In this document: piece by piece, positions 24,898 to 35,249 of the stretch
How the letters are laid out: every line of letters begins with the position of its first letter
Position numbering within the stretch: position 1 is the first letter of the stretch
Assembly: GCA_050633305.1 (NCBI GenBank)
Contig: JBOEGF010000001.1
Coordinates: forward strand, 128,001-192,000
Source: Nannocystales bacterium
GTDB taxonomy: Bacteria; Myxococcota_A; Polyangia; Nannocystales; Nannocystaceae
DNA length: 64,000 bases
Direction: 5' to 3'
Program-made: the position numbers and the translations under genes
The notes under the pieces: model-generated
What the model saw: the letters and a program-made list of their open reading frames with translations, nothing else
Databases searched by the model: none
What the model was told of the DNA's origin: nothing

Positions 24898-27846
24898 GTG
24901 ACGGTGCACCGAGTCGAGATTCGATCGACGCAGCGGGCGGGCGACGCCCTGGCTGCGCAGACACGAGCGCGGCTTCAGAGCTGGCTCGAGGTGGAACCGA
25001 GCAGCGTGCAGACCCGCCGCGTCTACCACCTGGACCTCGGGCTCTCGCAGGCCGAGGCCGAGCGTGTCTGTGCTGTGTTGTCGGACCCGGTCGGTGAGGT
25101 TGGCTCGCTGGGCCTGCTCGACGACGAGGGGGCTGATGTCTGGGCCTCGGTATCCTTCAAACCCGGCGTGACCGATACGGTCGGCGCGAGCGTCAAACGA
25201 GCCGTCGAGGACTGTGTCGGCCGGCCTCTGCAAGGCCACGCATACGCCTCGATGCTCTACCTGTTTTGGGGCGTGGACTCGAAGACGGTGGAGGTCGCCG
25301 CGCGCAAGGTGTTGTGCAACCCGGTCATCGAAACCGCGACCGTATCCGCGGGCGCTCGCGAGTTGGACCTGTCGATTCCCAAAGCGGGGAGTGATGCCGC
25401 ACCTGCGGTCGCTGACGTTCAGCTCCGTGAGGCGGACGACGACACGCTCATGGCGATCTCGCGCGAGGGCATGCTCGCGCTGAGCCTGGCGGAGATGCAG
25501 GCGATCGCCGCGCACTTTCGCGGCCAGGGTCGCGAGCCGACGGACGCCGAACTCGAGTGTCTGGCGCAAACGTGGAGCGAGCACTGCAAGCACAAGATCT
25601 TCGCGTCCCCGATCGACTTCATCGAAGAAGACGGGTCGTGCACACGCATCGAAGAGGGTCTGTTTCGGCACTACATCCGCGGCGCCACGGAGACCATCGC
25701 GGCAGTGCGCCGCGAGCAGTGCGTGGACGGTGAGGCCGGCGAGTTCCTGGTCTCGGTGTTCCACGACAATGCGGGGGTCGTGCGGTTCAGCGAGGACGAC
25801 CACCTCGTCTACAAAGTGGAAACCCACAACTCCCCGTCGGCTCTGGACCCCTATGGCGGCTCGATGACCGGCATTGTGGGCGTCAACCGGGATAGCTTTG
25901 GCACGGGGCGGGGCGCGGACCTCCTCACCAACGTGTGGGGTTATTGCTTCGCCCGGCCGGACTACGATGGGTCCATCCCCAGTGGGCTGATGCATCCTCG
26001 GCGGATCCGCGACGGTGTGCACCGGGGGGTCATCGACGGGGGCAACCAGTCGGGGGTCCCCTACAGCCGCGGGTTCGAGTTGTTCGACGACCGCTACTTG
26101 GGCAAGCCGTTGGTCTACTGCGGCACCGTTGCCGTGATGCCGGCTGTCTCGGCCGGCATTCCCACCCACGAAAAACCGGTTCAGGTCGGGGACGCCATCC
26201 TGATGGTCGGTGGTCGCATCGGAAAGGACGGGATCCATGGCGCCACGTTCAGCTCCGCGCAGCTCGACGAGAACGCACCCGTGCAGGCGGTTCAGATTGG
26301 AGATCCGATCACCCAACGCATGATGTTCGACATGCTGGCAGAGGCTCGAGACGCTGGCCTCATGTCGGGCATGACCGACAACGGAGCAGGGGGCCTTTCG
26401 AGTTCGATCGGAGAGATGGCCGAGTTCACAGGCGGGGCACGCATCGACCTGGAGAAGGCACCGCTGAAGTACCCGGGGCTGGCTCCGTGGGAGATCCTGA
26501 TCTCCGAGGCCCAGGAGCGCATGTCGATCGCCGTTCCGCCCGAGCATCTCGAGGCATTCCTCGCACTCGCCAACCGCCGGGAGGTGGAGGCCACCGTGTT
26601 GGGGGAGTTCACCAACGACGGCCGGTTCTGTGTGACCTACGGGGAGACCTCCGTGGTCGACTTGGACCTTGAGTTCCTTCACGAGGGATGGCCCAAGGAA
26701 GTGCTCAAGGCGGGTCTCGACGCGGTTGCAGTGCAGCAGGTCGACACCTTGCCCGCCGGGTGGCGCGACCAGGCGAGCGTGGTGCAGCGCCTCGATGACC
26801 TGCTCGCTTCCCACGAATTTGCCAGCGGGGAGGACCTGGGACGCGGTTATGACCATGAGGTGAAAGGGCTGTCCGTGGTGAAACCCTGGATCGGTCGTCA
26901 TCGTGATGTCGCATCGACTGCGACGGTCATGCGGGCGCGCCATGGTCGGCCCGAGGGGGTCGTGTTGGGGGAGGGCATCGCTCCGTTCTTCTCGCAGGAT
27001 GACGCCGAGGCCATGGCCAAAGCATGTGTCGACGAAGGCGTACGCCGAGTGCTCTGCGCGGGCGCTCGGCTCGACCGCATGGCGGCGCTCGACAACTTCT
27101 GTTGGCCCGACCCTGTCCTCAGCGAAAAGACGCCCGATGGAGAGCACAAGCTCGCGCAGCTGGTGATGTGTTGCCGAGGTCTTCGGGACGCGTGTGAGGC
27201 GTACGGCGTGCCGCTGATCAGCGGAAAAGACTCGATGAAGAACGACGCGGTCCTCGATGGCGTCAAGATCTCAATCCCACCCACACTGCTCGTCAGCGTG
27301 ATGGGTCAGATGCCCGACGTTCGCGACTCGCTGACGCTCCAACCTCGGGCGGAAGGGGATGTGGTCTGGTTGTTGGGGATGACTCACGCCGAACTCGGAG
27401 GCAGCGCCGCCGAACGCCTGGGGGGATGCTTCGGTGGCCCGGTTCCGCAGAGCGAAGTCGAATCCTTCGCACAGAGCTACGCGGCGTTCGCTTCGATCCG
27501 CGATGCTGGCCTCGTTCGCAGCGCAGACGTGTGTGCACGCGGCGGCCTCGGACTTGCACTGGCTCGGGCGGTGCTCGCCAGCGATCACGGCCTGCGCGTG
27601 AAGCTCCCCCGGCTCGAGTCCTTGGGGGCCTACGGATGGCTCTTCTCCGAGTCGACCGGCCGCATCCTGTTCACGACGACGCCCGAAGATGCTCAAGCGG
27701 TCGAGAAGGCCCTTGGAGCGCATGGGTTGCTGTGTTTGGGCGATGTCGGGCCTCGGGGCTCGGTGCTGCGGGTTTCGTATGGTGACGACGTCGTCATCGA
27801 CCGCTCCGTGGCCGAGTTGCGGCATCACTACCGTCAGGCGGAGTGA
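24898..27846 (+). CDS. purL: Phosphoribosylformylglycinamidine synthase subunit PurL with N-terminal PurS-like region
   Basis: KPGVTD, AQTWSEHCKHKIF, KVETHNSPSALDPYGG, DGIHGATFSS, AVQIGDP, DNGAGG, SEAQERM, LDNFCWP, ISGKDSMKN, FSES. No glutaminase domain. Confidence 0.93.
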   Translation: MTVHRVEIRSTQRAGDALAAQTRARLQSWLEVEPSSVQTRRVYHLDLGLSQAEAERVCAVLSDPVGEVGSLGLLDDEGADVWASVSFKPGVTDTVGASVKRAVEDCVGRPLQGHAYASMLYLFWGVDSKTVEVAARKVLCNPVIETATVSAGARELDLSIPKAGSDAAPAVADVQLREADDDTLMAISREGMLALSLAEMQAIAAHFRGQGREPTDAELECLAQTWSEHCKHKIFASPIDFIEEDGSCTRIEEGLFRHYIRGATETIAAVRREQCVDGEAGEFLVSVFHDNAGVVRFSEDDHLVYKVETHNSPSALDPYGGSMTGIVGVNRDSFGTGRGADLLTNVWGYCFARPDYDGSIPSGLMHPRRIRDGVHRGVIDGGNQSGVPYSRGFELFDDRYLGKPLVYCGTVAVMPAVSAGIPTHEKPVQVGDAILMVGGRIGKDGIHGATFSSAQLDENAPVQAVQIGDPITQRMMFDMLAEARDAGLMSGMTDNGAGGLSSSIGEMAEFTGGARIDLEKAPLKYPGLAPWEILISEAQERMSIAVPPEHLEAFLALANRREVEATVLGEFTNDGRFCVTYGETSVVDLDLEFLHEGWPKEVLKAGLDAVAVQQVDTLPAGWRDQASVVQRLDDLLASHEFASGEDLGRGYDHEVKGLSVVKPWIGRHRDVASTATVMRARHGRPEGVVLGEGIAPFFSQDDAEAMAKACVDEGVRRVLCAGARLDRMAALDNFCWPDPVLSEKTPDGEHKLAQLVMCCRGLRDACEAYGVPLISGKDSMKNDAVLDGVKISIPPTLLVSVMGQMPDVRDSLTLQPRAEGDVVWLLGMTHAELGGSAAERLGGCFGGPVPQSEVESFAQSYAAFASIRDAGLVRSADVCARGGLGLALARAVLASDHGLRVKLPRLESLGAYGWLFSESTGRILFTTTPEDAQAVEKALGAHGLLCLGDVGPRGSVLRVSYGDDVVIDRSVAELRHHYRQAE

Positions 27847-27863
27847 CGGGTAGACTGCCGCCC

Positions 27864-30380
27864 ATGCGTGCGCGGCATGTTCGCAACTCCCTGCTCGGAT
27901 TCTCTTTGCTGCTTGGATGCGCGAAGGCTCCTCAGTCCGAGCCGGTCCCGCAGGCGGCCGAGGCCGGGACGCCTGCTCCTGCCCCCGTCGCGCCCCGAGC
28001 TCGCCCGGTGCCGACCGTGCCGAGCCCGGCGATCGAGCTGCCCTCCACCTACGAGGAGCCGCCCGGGGATGTTGTCGACATCGTGGATGCTCCCACGACC
28101 CCGCGCATCACGGTGAGCCCCAGCGGGGACCGCGTCTTGCTGGCGAGCTACGACGCGTTGCCCGCCATCGAAGACATCGCAGCGCCGTTCGAGCGCCTGG
28201 CGGGACTGCGGGTGGACGCGCAACGATCCGCCGAGCGTCGGATCCGGATGTACGAAGGGCTCCAACTCGTCGACGTCGCCTCGGGCGAAACCCGGCGCGT
28301 CGAGCTGCCCGAGGGGATTCGAATGGGCCCGCCAAGCTGGTCGCCCGACGGGAAGCACATCGCATTCACGCGTTGGGACGATGATGGCTTGCGACTGTGG
28401 GTGGTGGACACCTCGACCGCGACCGCAGCCCAACTCGCCGATGTTCGCATCAACGACATCCTGACCCAGGGGTTCGCCTGGCTGCCCGGTGGCGGCGGTC
28501 TCCTGCTGTTGACGGTCCCGGCGGATGCGGGGGCTCCTCCACAACGACCGCGCCGTCCCGTGGGGCCGAGCGTGTCCGACACCGCGGGCGAGAAGGCGAC
28601 CAACCGGACCTATCAAGACCTGCTGCTCAATCCCTACGACGAGGCTCTGTTCGAACACGCGGTCACCGTTCAGTTGATGGAGATCGAACTCGGAGGCGCC
28701 ACGCCACGCGCCGTCGGGTCCCCCAGCATGATCGCCTCGGTCGATGCCGCCCCCAGCGGGGACTACCTCCTCGTCGAGCACCTGCGTCGGCCCTTCTCGT
28801 ACGCGGTGCCCTACTACCGCTTCCCGCTGAGAACCGAGGTCTGGGACCGCAGCGCGAAGGTCGTGCGGACCGTCGCCGATCTGGAGTTGGCCGAGGAAAT
28901 CCCGATCGGTGGTGTCCGAAAAGGTCCTCGCCGCGTGCAATGGCATCCGCAGAAGCCCGACACGCTCGTCTGGGTCGAGGCCCTCGATGACGGGGACCCG
29001 AAGGTCGAAGCCGAGCACCGCGACCGGCTGATGCAGCACGCGGCTCCCTTTGCTGATGTGCCGAAGATCCTGGTCAAGGTCGAGCATCGGCTCTCGCAGA
29101 TGTCGTGGACCGAGACGCCCGAGCAGCTCTTGGTCACCGACTACGATCGAGATCGGCGCTGGACCCGAACCATCGTGCACGACGCGGCCGGCCAGCGAAC
29201 GCTCGTCGATCGGTCGGTCCGCGATGCGTACGCGGACCCTGGACGCCCCGTGTACGCCCTGCGCCCCGACGGCACGTATGTCATCCCGGTCGAGGATGGG
29301 AGCATCTCGATGTCCGGCAACGGAGCGACCCCTGCGGGCTATCGGCCGTTCTTGCAGCGAATGTCGCTGGAAGACGGGAAGACGACACGGGTCTTCGAGT
29401 CTGGGGAGGGGGAGTACGCCTCGTTCGTGGAGTTCTCTGCGAGTGGTGACCTGTTGGTCTGGCGAGAGTCCAAGACCTCGCCCCCGAACCTGTACACGCA
29501 GGACAGCAGTGGAGACCGTCGATCGCTCACCAAGTTCGCCGACCCGCACCCCCAGCTCACCGGGATCGACAAGCAGATCCTCAAGTACAAGCGCAAGGAC
29601 GGGGTCGAGCTGTCCGGCACGCTGTACCTTCCTCCGGGGTACCAAGAAGGAGAGCGGCTCCCGCTCGTGGTGTGGGCGTACCCGATTGAGTTCAACGACA
29701 AGGACACGGCTGGCCAGGTTCGCGCGTCCGACAACCGCTTCACGCGGCTACGCAGCACGTCCCCGCTGATGTTCCTCACCCAGGGATACGCGGTGCTCGA
29801 TGGCGCCGCGATGCCCGTGGTCGGTGACCCAGAGACGATGAACGACAGCTTCTTGGAGCAGATCAACGACTCCGCGGCAGCTGCAATCGACGCCGTCGTT
29901 GAGCTGGGCGTCGCGGACCGCGGTCGTGTTGGCGTCGCGGGACACAGCTACGGCGCGTTCATGACTGCAAACCTGCTGGCGAACAGCGACCTGTTCCGAG
30001 CTGGCATTGCACGCTCCGGCGCCTACAACCGGACGTTGACCCCGTTCGGCTTTCAAAGTGAGCGCCGAACGCTGTGGGAGGCTCCGCAGGCGTACATGAA
30101 GGTCTCTCCACTGTTCTCGGCCCATCGCCTCAACGAGCCGATTCTTCTCATTCACGGGGAGGACGACGCCAACAGCGGGACCTACCCGCTTCAGTCCAAG
30201 CGCCTGTTCCACGCACTCAAAGGAAACGGCGGCACGGCGCGATTGGTGATGCTGCCGCACGAGTCACACGGCTACAGATCGCGGGAGTCGGTGCTGCACG
30301 TTCTCGCGGAGTCGTTCCGCTGGTTCGACACCCATGTGAAGAACGCGGAGCCTCCCAAGGAGGTCGCGCCCGCGGGCTGA
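27864..30380 (+). CDS. S9 family serine peptidase (glutamyl endopeptidase-like) lipoprotein
   Basis: Lipobox LLGC; propeller region (WSPDGK); GHSYG nucleophile, ARSGAYNRTLTPFGFQ, HGEDD and PHESHGY (Ser-Asp-His triad). Confidence 0.92.
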   Translation: MRARHVRNSLLGFSLLLGCAKAPQSEPVPQAAEAGTPAPAPVAPRARPVPTVPSPAIELPSTYEEPPGDVVDIVDAPTTPRITVSPSGDRVLLASYDALPAIEDIAAPFERLAGLRVDAQRSAERRIRMYEGLQLVDVASGETRRVELPEGIRMGPPSWSPDGKHIAFTRWDDDGLRLWVVDTSTATAAQLADVRINDILTQGFAWLPGGGGLLLLTVPADAGAPPQRPRRPVGPSVSDTAGEKATNRTYQDLLLNPYDEALFEHAVTVQLMEIELGGATPRAVGSPSMIASVDAAPSGDYLLVEHLRRPFSYAVPYYRFPLRTEVWDRSAKVVRTVADLELAEEIPIGGVRKGPRRVQWHPQKPDTLVWVEALDDGDPKVEAEHRDRLMQHAAPFADVPKILVKVEHRLSQMSWTETPEQLLVTDYDRDRRWTRTIVHDAAGQRTLVDRSVRDAYADPGRPVYALRPDGTYVIPVEDGSISMSGNGATPAGYRPFLQRMSLEDGKTTRVFESGEGEYASFVEFSASGDLLVWRESKTSPPNLYTQDSSGDRRSLTKFADPHPQLTGIDKQILKYKRKDGVELSGTLYLPPGYQEGERLPLVVWAYPIEFNDKDTAGQVRASDNRFTRLRSTSPLMFLTQGYAVLDGAAMPVVGDPETMNDSFLEQINDSAAAAIDAVVELGVADRGRVGVAGHSYGAFMTANLLANSDLFRAGIARSGAYNRTLTPFGFQSERRTLWEAPQAYMKVSPLFSAHRLNEPILLIHGEDDANSGTYPLQSKRLFHALKGNGGTARLVMLPHESHGYRSRESVLHVLAESFRWFDTHVKNAEPPKEVAPAG

Positions 30381-30421
30381 GACCTCTCACGCCGCGCGCC
30401 AGTCGAGAGTCAGCCGGCGAA

Positions 30422-30877
30422 TCAGGCGGAGTGTCGGGCAGCACCCACGACGGCGCGTGCGAGTTGGCCATCCTCGGTCCTCGAAAACGCCCGGTTCTCG
30501 AGCCAGGATGTGATGTCTTGCTGGGCGGGGTGCTCGGGGTGGACCTGGTTGTAGAGGTAGTTGAGGCCGCGGGTTCGCGCTTCCTGCTCGAGGCGTTCGA
30601 GGATGAAGCTGCCGACACCCCGGCCCTGCGCTTCCGGTTCGACCACCAGGAGAATCTCTGCGTCACCCCAGTTGACGTCCATCCGGCCGTATCCGACGCA
30701 GCGGCCTTCGTGCTCCACCCGCCACCAGTCGTCGGGCAGCACGTCCCCCGCGGTGTGGGACGCCAGCTTGGAGGGGAGCGTACCCGTCCGGGCGCCCCCG
30801 ACGATGCGAGCCTTGTCGGCGTCCCAGTGTGCGACTGACTCGTGGATCCAATGAAGATTTTGTGAGGAATCGCCCAT
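30422..30877 (-). CDS. GNAT family N-acetyltransferase
   Basis: VVEPEAQGRGVGSFIL acetyl-CoA motif A. Confidence 0.85.
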   Translation of the reverse strand: MGDSSQNLHWIHESVAHWDADKARIVGGARTGTLPSKLASHTAGDVLPDDWWRVEHEGRCVGYGRMDVNWGDAEILLVVEPEAQGRGVGSFILERLEQEARTRGLNYLYNQVHPEHPAQQDITSWLENRAFSRTEDGQLARAVVGAARHSA

Positions 30878-30931
30878 GGGGTGCCTGTGCGCGTGAGGAT
30901 ACCCGCGATATTCAACGGTGCAAGCTGCGTC

Positions 30932-33900
30932 TTAGCCTTCGACGGCTGAGAATCCGCTGAGCTGGCGCGCGTTGAGCGGCACGACGTAGCTCGATGTCGG
31001 CGTTGGGGGCGTGTCGGCGTTGTTGTCGCAGGCCACCATGGGCTCGGCGTCGGGCTGGGGCCCGCAGTTGCCGTCCGCGCACGCATCCCCGCGGTCTTGC
31101 GTGACGGTCGGCTGGGTCAGTCCTCGGGAGAACTCGGTGTCCTCGAACTCGACCGCATCCTCAGGCGCACCCGAGGTGAAGTTGAAGCCGGAGACCGAGT
31201 CGACGGTCAGCTGGAGCGTGATCTGGAACGTCGCGCCCTGGTCGGTGTGCCAGGTGTCCGAACCCGCATCGTAGAAGCGCGGGTCGCAAGACTCCGTAGG
31301 GGGTTCGTGCACGAAGTACGTCACCTCGGCGACCTCCACGCCGTCGACGATCTGCGGTTCGTCGCCACTGTTGTCGACCACACCGCGGATGACGATGCGC
31401 GGTGCTCGAATCGGCCGGGCATTCGCCGAGAACAGACGGGTTTCCTCGATCTCGCTCGCGCCGGGGTAGGGCGTGAACCGTCGGGTGCGCTCGATATCAC
31501 TGAGGGCCAGTCGCACGTAGTCGGGGTCGCTTCCCACCTCGTGGACCGCCATCTTGGGGGCGCCGCCGGGAATGCTGAACCCCTTGCCGGGCTCGGCGCG
31601 GTGGTTGTCGGTGAGCAGGTACAAGCTCGAGTGGAACTCGTTGCTGCCATCTTGCGGGTTGATGGCGCTGTCGTTGTGCGCGCCGCTGATGAGCGCGACG
31701 AGGAACTGGTCTTCGCCCTCCGGCGGCAACCCGCCCGCGGCGTTGGCTTGGTCGTCGATCCGGTCGTTGGCGGAGACGGCCGGGGCGAAGACGAATGGCT
31801 CGCCCGGGTTGCCCGCGGAGACGGAACATTGCGTACCCGACCCCGTGCACGCGGGGAACTGGGCGACTGGTTTCGCGGTGTCTCCCCAGATGTCTTCGCT
31901 GTCCGCCTCGTGGTTGCTCGTTCGTCCCAGGTCCCACCGGAAGAGCCGTCCGGAGGGGTCGGTCACGTAGGTCTCCTGTGCCTCAGCCCAGAAGCGGCTG
32001 AGACAGTGGGTGCCGACGGCTGCGTCCGACACGAGTCCGAACGCGTCGCCGAACGTCGCAACGTCGGGGTTGCCGACTTCCGCCCGCTCGAGCAACTGGC
32101 CGGTCAAGGCATCGATGCGCAGCAGGACGCGTCCTTGCGTATCTCCTTCGCCGTATCCGGACCCGACGATGAGGAACGGGTCGGGCTCGTTGGACATGTC
32201 GTCGTCGGGGACGTGGAAGGTCAGCGAAGGGCGGGCCCACGTCTGTCCGAGCAACGGCTCGTAGGTTCCGGTCAGGCTGGCGTCGTTCGTGGACCACAGC
32301 ACCTCGAGCGGACCTCGGCTGGACACCGGGGACATGTGGCTCACATCCAGCGCCACGTAGTCGGAGCCGCCGGGCCCAAAGCCGAACACGGCGAGGTGAC
32401 GCCATCGGTGGTCGTCGTCATCGGCCGACGAGTCGTCGTAGACCCAGCCCGTGTTCACGCTGGTGGAGATACCGTACAGGTGCTCGTCGAGCGCCTCGGG
32501 TTGCCCCACCGACGCCGCGCCGATGGATGCTTGTTCGCCGACTCGGGTCAGCAGACCGTGCGGGATGAACCCCCACAGCTCATTCCCGCTGTTGTACTGG
32601 AAGGCGTGCAGCATGCCGAGGTCGTCTCCGATCAGCACGGCCTCCTGGTACTCGTAGTGCGGCCCTCCAGTGGGGAGAATCGAGTCCCAGGACTCTCGTG
32701 CGAAGCCTTCGAGTGACTTCGGAAGGGAGCCTGCATCGGTCTCGGAGAGTCGTCGGCCGCCACAGTGCGGGTCCCGGATCGCCACCGATGGGACGGTCGA
32801 GGTTCGTAGGGCGGGGACACGGCGGACCAGGGTTGGGGTCGACGACGCGAGCCCGGGGAGCTTCCATCCGTCCGGCCAGTCTCGGCCGAGGATGAACGCG
32901 ACGACCTCGTTGGCTTGCGCGGTGAGTCCGACCCCGGAGATGACGCCCAAGGACGCAAGCTCATCGCGGAACGTCGGTGTCGCCAGGCCTTCCTCGTCTG
33001 AGATTTTGATCAGGTTGCCCGAAGAGGTCGTCGTGAAGACCCTGCGTTGGAGCCACTCGGTCTCGGAGAGGCACTCTCCGGCGTCCCAGGCGTGTGACTG
33101 AGGGCAGGGGCCGAACGTATGCTCGACCTCGTCGTCGGTCCATTCGGGGGTTGGGGTCTGGCATTGCGGGAGCAGCTCGCCATCGGCGTCTCGGTGCTCA
33201 CACAGCTCGCGCTGGACCCGTCCTCTCCAGCCCGGCCACGCGGTCGAGGCGGTGAGCGATGTCTGCAGCGGGTCGCCTTGCCCGGGGATTCCGTCGGCGC
33301 CGACGCCAAACTCGTTCGCGACCGTTCCGGGCCCCGAGGGCAGCTCGACGTCGAGCTCGGCGGTCACGATCGAGGTGAGGACTTCGGCGAGCTCTGCGGT
33401 CGAGTTGGCCAAGTACGCGCACGTGGCGGGGTTGTCCGGGTTCCTGCACGTGTCCCAGTCCGCGTGTGGAGCGTCGTTGCACGGGGTACTGCAACTGCCT
33501 CCATCGCAGGCGCCCGCAGCCGCACACGCCATGTTGTTGATCTCGCCTGTGTTCTGGAAGAAGCCCACGACATAGGTCGCGACGCCAAGCTCGTTGCGGA
33601 GGTCTGCGAGGCGCCGATACAACACCGGGCCGCCCTGGTTGGATGGGCTGGGGACACCATCGGTGATGAGCACCGCGGTCGTCGGCGCACAGAGTCCTCC
33701 AGAGTCCTCCTCGGTTACGAATCTCAAGTAGCTGGCGACGGAACGGTGCCCTCCTTCGGTGTTGGTCCGAGGGTACGCACCGCCAACCTCTCCGACGACC
33801 GAGGCCCAAGGGGTGCCGCCGGCCGCGTCAACGCCACCGTCGGTCAGCGGTGCGGTCTTGGCGAGGACGGCCTCTGTCGCGGCCTCTTCGCTGAGTGGAC

Positions 33901-34855
33901 CCCACTCTTGCTCGTCGATGTCCGTGTCCGACAGGTCGAGGTAGAACGGTGCGTACAGCTTTGCTTCGTTGATGGAGTTGTCTTGGCCAACAACACCGCC
34001 CGCGTTGAGCCCGTTGTCCGAGGGCCACATCGAGTAGCCCGCGTAGTGCGTGAATCCGTCGACGTAGGGCCAGTAGTAGAAGTCCTGGTTCCACACGTTG
34101 TTCATCCGCGCGGCATCGCTGGAGCCGTAGTCCCCGTACGTCTCATCCAAGACCCGTTGATCAGGGTCGGTCTCGGCGTTGAGCTGGGCCCGGATGCCCA
34201 TGAACTGCGGGAACCACTGCACTCCACGGAAGGCGTTGTTGTTGTGGTTGGGGGTGGAGCCGATCAGCGGCGAGGGAGGAATCTCGCCGTCTTGGTCATC
34301 GGCGACGATCGGTGAGTTGATCCCGAGGTCGTCCCAGCGCAGGTACGGGTAGGGGCGTTGCTCGTTGCCTTGGCACAGGCGCCAGGTCCCGTTGACCCCA
34401 GGGAACTTCCAGATCTGTGCCCATTCGAAGTAGCCGTACCAGGTGACCCACGTGAACCGTCGGTTGTCGGCACATCGTGCGGGCGTCCAGGTCGGCGAGT
34501 CGTACTGGTCGAAGGTCATCAGCGCGAATGAGGCGGTCTCGCTGGTGTCGGAAATGACGCTGTTGATCACCCGCCGCGCCGCAGAGATTCGGCTCTCCCG
34601 GCTGTCGGTTTGTGTCTCGCAGTCGCCCCAGCTGCACTGTTCGTCGGCGGCCTGGGAGCGCCAGCTCATGGAGCCCGAGGTATCGACCACGAACAGAATC
34701 CGCGGTTGCACGTCGCCGTTCCCCAGCCCGCGAAGGACGTAGTAGGGGTCGAGTCTGGCCTGTGTGTCCTGCGCACCCCCGACCATGATCAGCACGGCCA
34801 GGACCATCAACCCCAGCCCATGTAGGCCCCATCCCCACTGCGTTCGCTTCTTCAT
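30932..34855 (-). CDS. PilY1-like adhesin (signal peptide + vWA + PilY1-type beta-propeller), paralog A
   Basis: ILFVVDTSGSM (MIDAS), AVLITDG, TYVVGF. Propeller motifs GDDLGMLHAF..GNELWGFIP, FGFGPGG..YVALDVS, LGQTWARP, GSGY, TDPSGRLFRWDL. Confidence 0.8.
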   Translation of the reverse strand: MKKRTQWGWGLHGLGLMVLAVLIMVGGAQDTQARLDPYYVLRGLGNGDVQPRILFVVDTSGSMSWRSQAADEQCSWGDCETQTDSRESRISAARRVINSVISDTSETASFALMTFDQYDSPTWTPARCADNRRFTWVTWYGYFEWAQIWKFPGVNGTWRLCQGNEQRPYPYLRWDDLGINSPIVADDQDGEIPPSPLIGSTPNHNNNAFRGVQWFPQFMGIRAQLNAETDPDQRVLDETYGDYGSSDAARMNNVWNQDFYYWPYVDGFTHYAGYSMWPSDNGLNAGGVVGQDNSINEAKLYAPFYLDLSDTDIDEQEWGPLSEEAATEAVLAKTAPLTDGGVDAAGGTPWASVVGEVGGAYPRTNTEGGHRSVASYLRFVTEEDSGGLCAPTTAVLITDGVPSPSNQGGPVLYRRLADLRNELGVATYVVGFFQNTGEINNMACAAAGACDGGSCSTPCNDAPHADWDTCRNPDNPATCAYLANSTAELAEVLTSIVTAELDVELPSGPGTVANEFGVGADGIPGQGDPLQTSLTASTAWPGWRGRVQRELCEHRDADGELLPQCQTPTPEWTDDEVEHTFGPCPQSHAWDAGECLSETEWLQRRVFTTTSSGNLIKISDEEGLATPTFRDELASLGVISGVGLTAQANEVVAFILGRDWPDGWKLPGLASSTPTLVRRVPALRTSTVPSVAIRDPHCGGRRLSETDAGSLPKSLEGFARESWDSILPTGGPHYEYQEAVLIGDDLGMLHAFQYNSGNELWGFIPHGLLTRVGEQASIGAASVGQPEALDEHLYGISTSVNTGWVYDDSSADDDDHRWRHLAVFGFGPGGSDYVALDVSHMSPVSSRGPLEVLWSTNDASLTGTYEPLLGQTWARPSLTFHVPDDDMSNEPDPFLIVGSGYGEGDTQGRVLLRIDALTGQLLERAEVGNPDVATFGDAFGLVSDAAVGTHCLSRFWAEAQETYVTDPSGRLFRWDLGRTSNHEADSEDIWGDTAKPVAQFPACTGSGTQCSVSAGNPGEPFVFAPAVSANDRIDDQANAAGGLPPEGEDQFLVALISGAHNDSAINPQDGSNEFHSSLYLLTDNHRAEPGKGFSIPGGAPKMAVHEVGSDPDYVRLALSDIERTRRFTPYPGASEIEETRLFSANARPIRAPRIVIRGVVDNSGDEPQIVDGVEVAEVTYFVHEPPTESCDPRFYDAGSDTWHTDQGATFQITLQLTVDSVSGFNFTSGAPEDAVEFEDTEFSRGLTQPTVTQDRGDACADGNCGPQPDAEPMVACDNNADTPPTPTSSYVVPLNARQLSGFSAVEG

Positions 34856-34900
34856 TCTCGCTGACCCCGCCGCGCTGCAGCCGGCCTTGGGGACTGACTA

Positions 34901-34916
34901 AGCAAGAGGTGTGCCG
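34901..34916 (-). promoter_or_regulatory. Sigma54 (-24/-12) promoter of PilY1-like paralog A
   Basis: Minus strand CGGCACACCTCTTGCT, i.e. GG-N10-GC with GGCAC and TTGCT, 45 nt upstream of the ATG. Confidence 0.7.
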
Positions 34917-35249
34917 CGAGATACCGAAAAAGGACGCAGTAAACATGGTTCGCCCAGAACGGCCCGGCAGTGCAGCCGGGATGTGGAGAATTCCCAGCCT
35001 CACGGCATCTATGCGGGCGCTGCGACCGCAATCCGACTTTGGGGCCCGTTGTGCTGGGGTATCCCCTGTTCTCCTACGGGCGCGGAGATCCTGGGCCGTT
35101 GTGGGTCTGTCGCACGGTCGTCCCGCTCTGAGACACCGCCGTGACATGGCGTCTCGAATCGAGCCCTGGGGAGACACGTGAGACGATCGTCGCGGAGTTG
35201 TGCCGATTGGCGGTCGCGACGAGGCGGCGCGCGGATGCGGGGACGGCCC

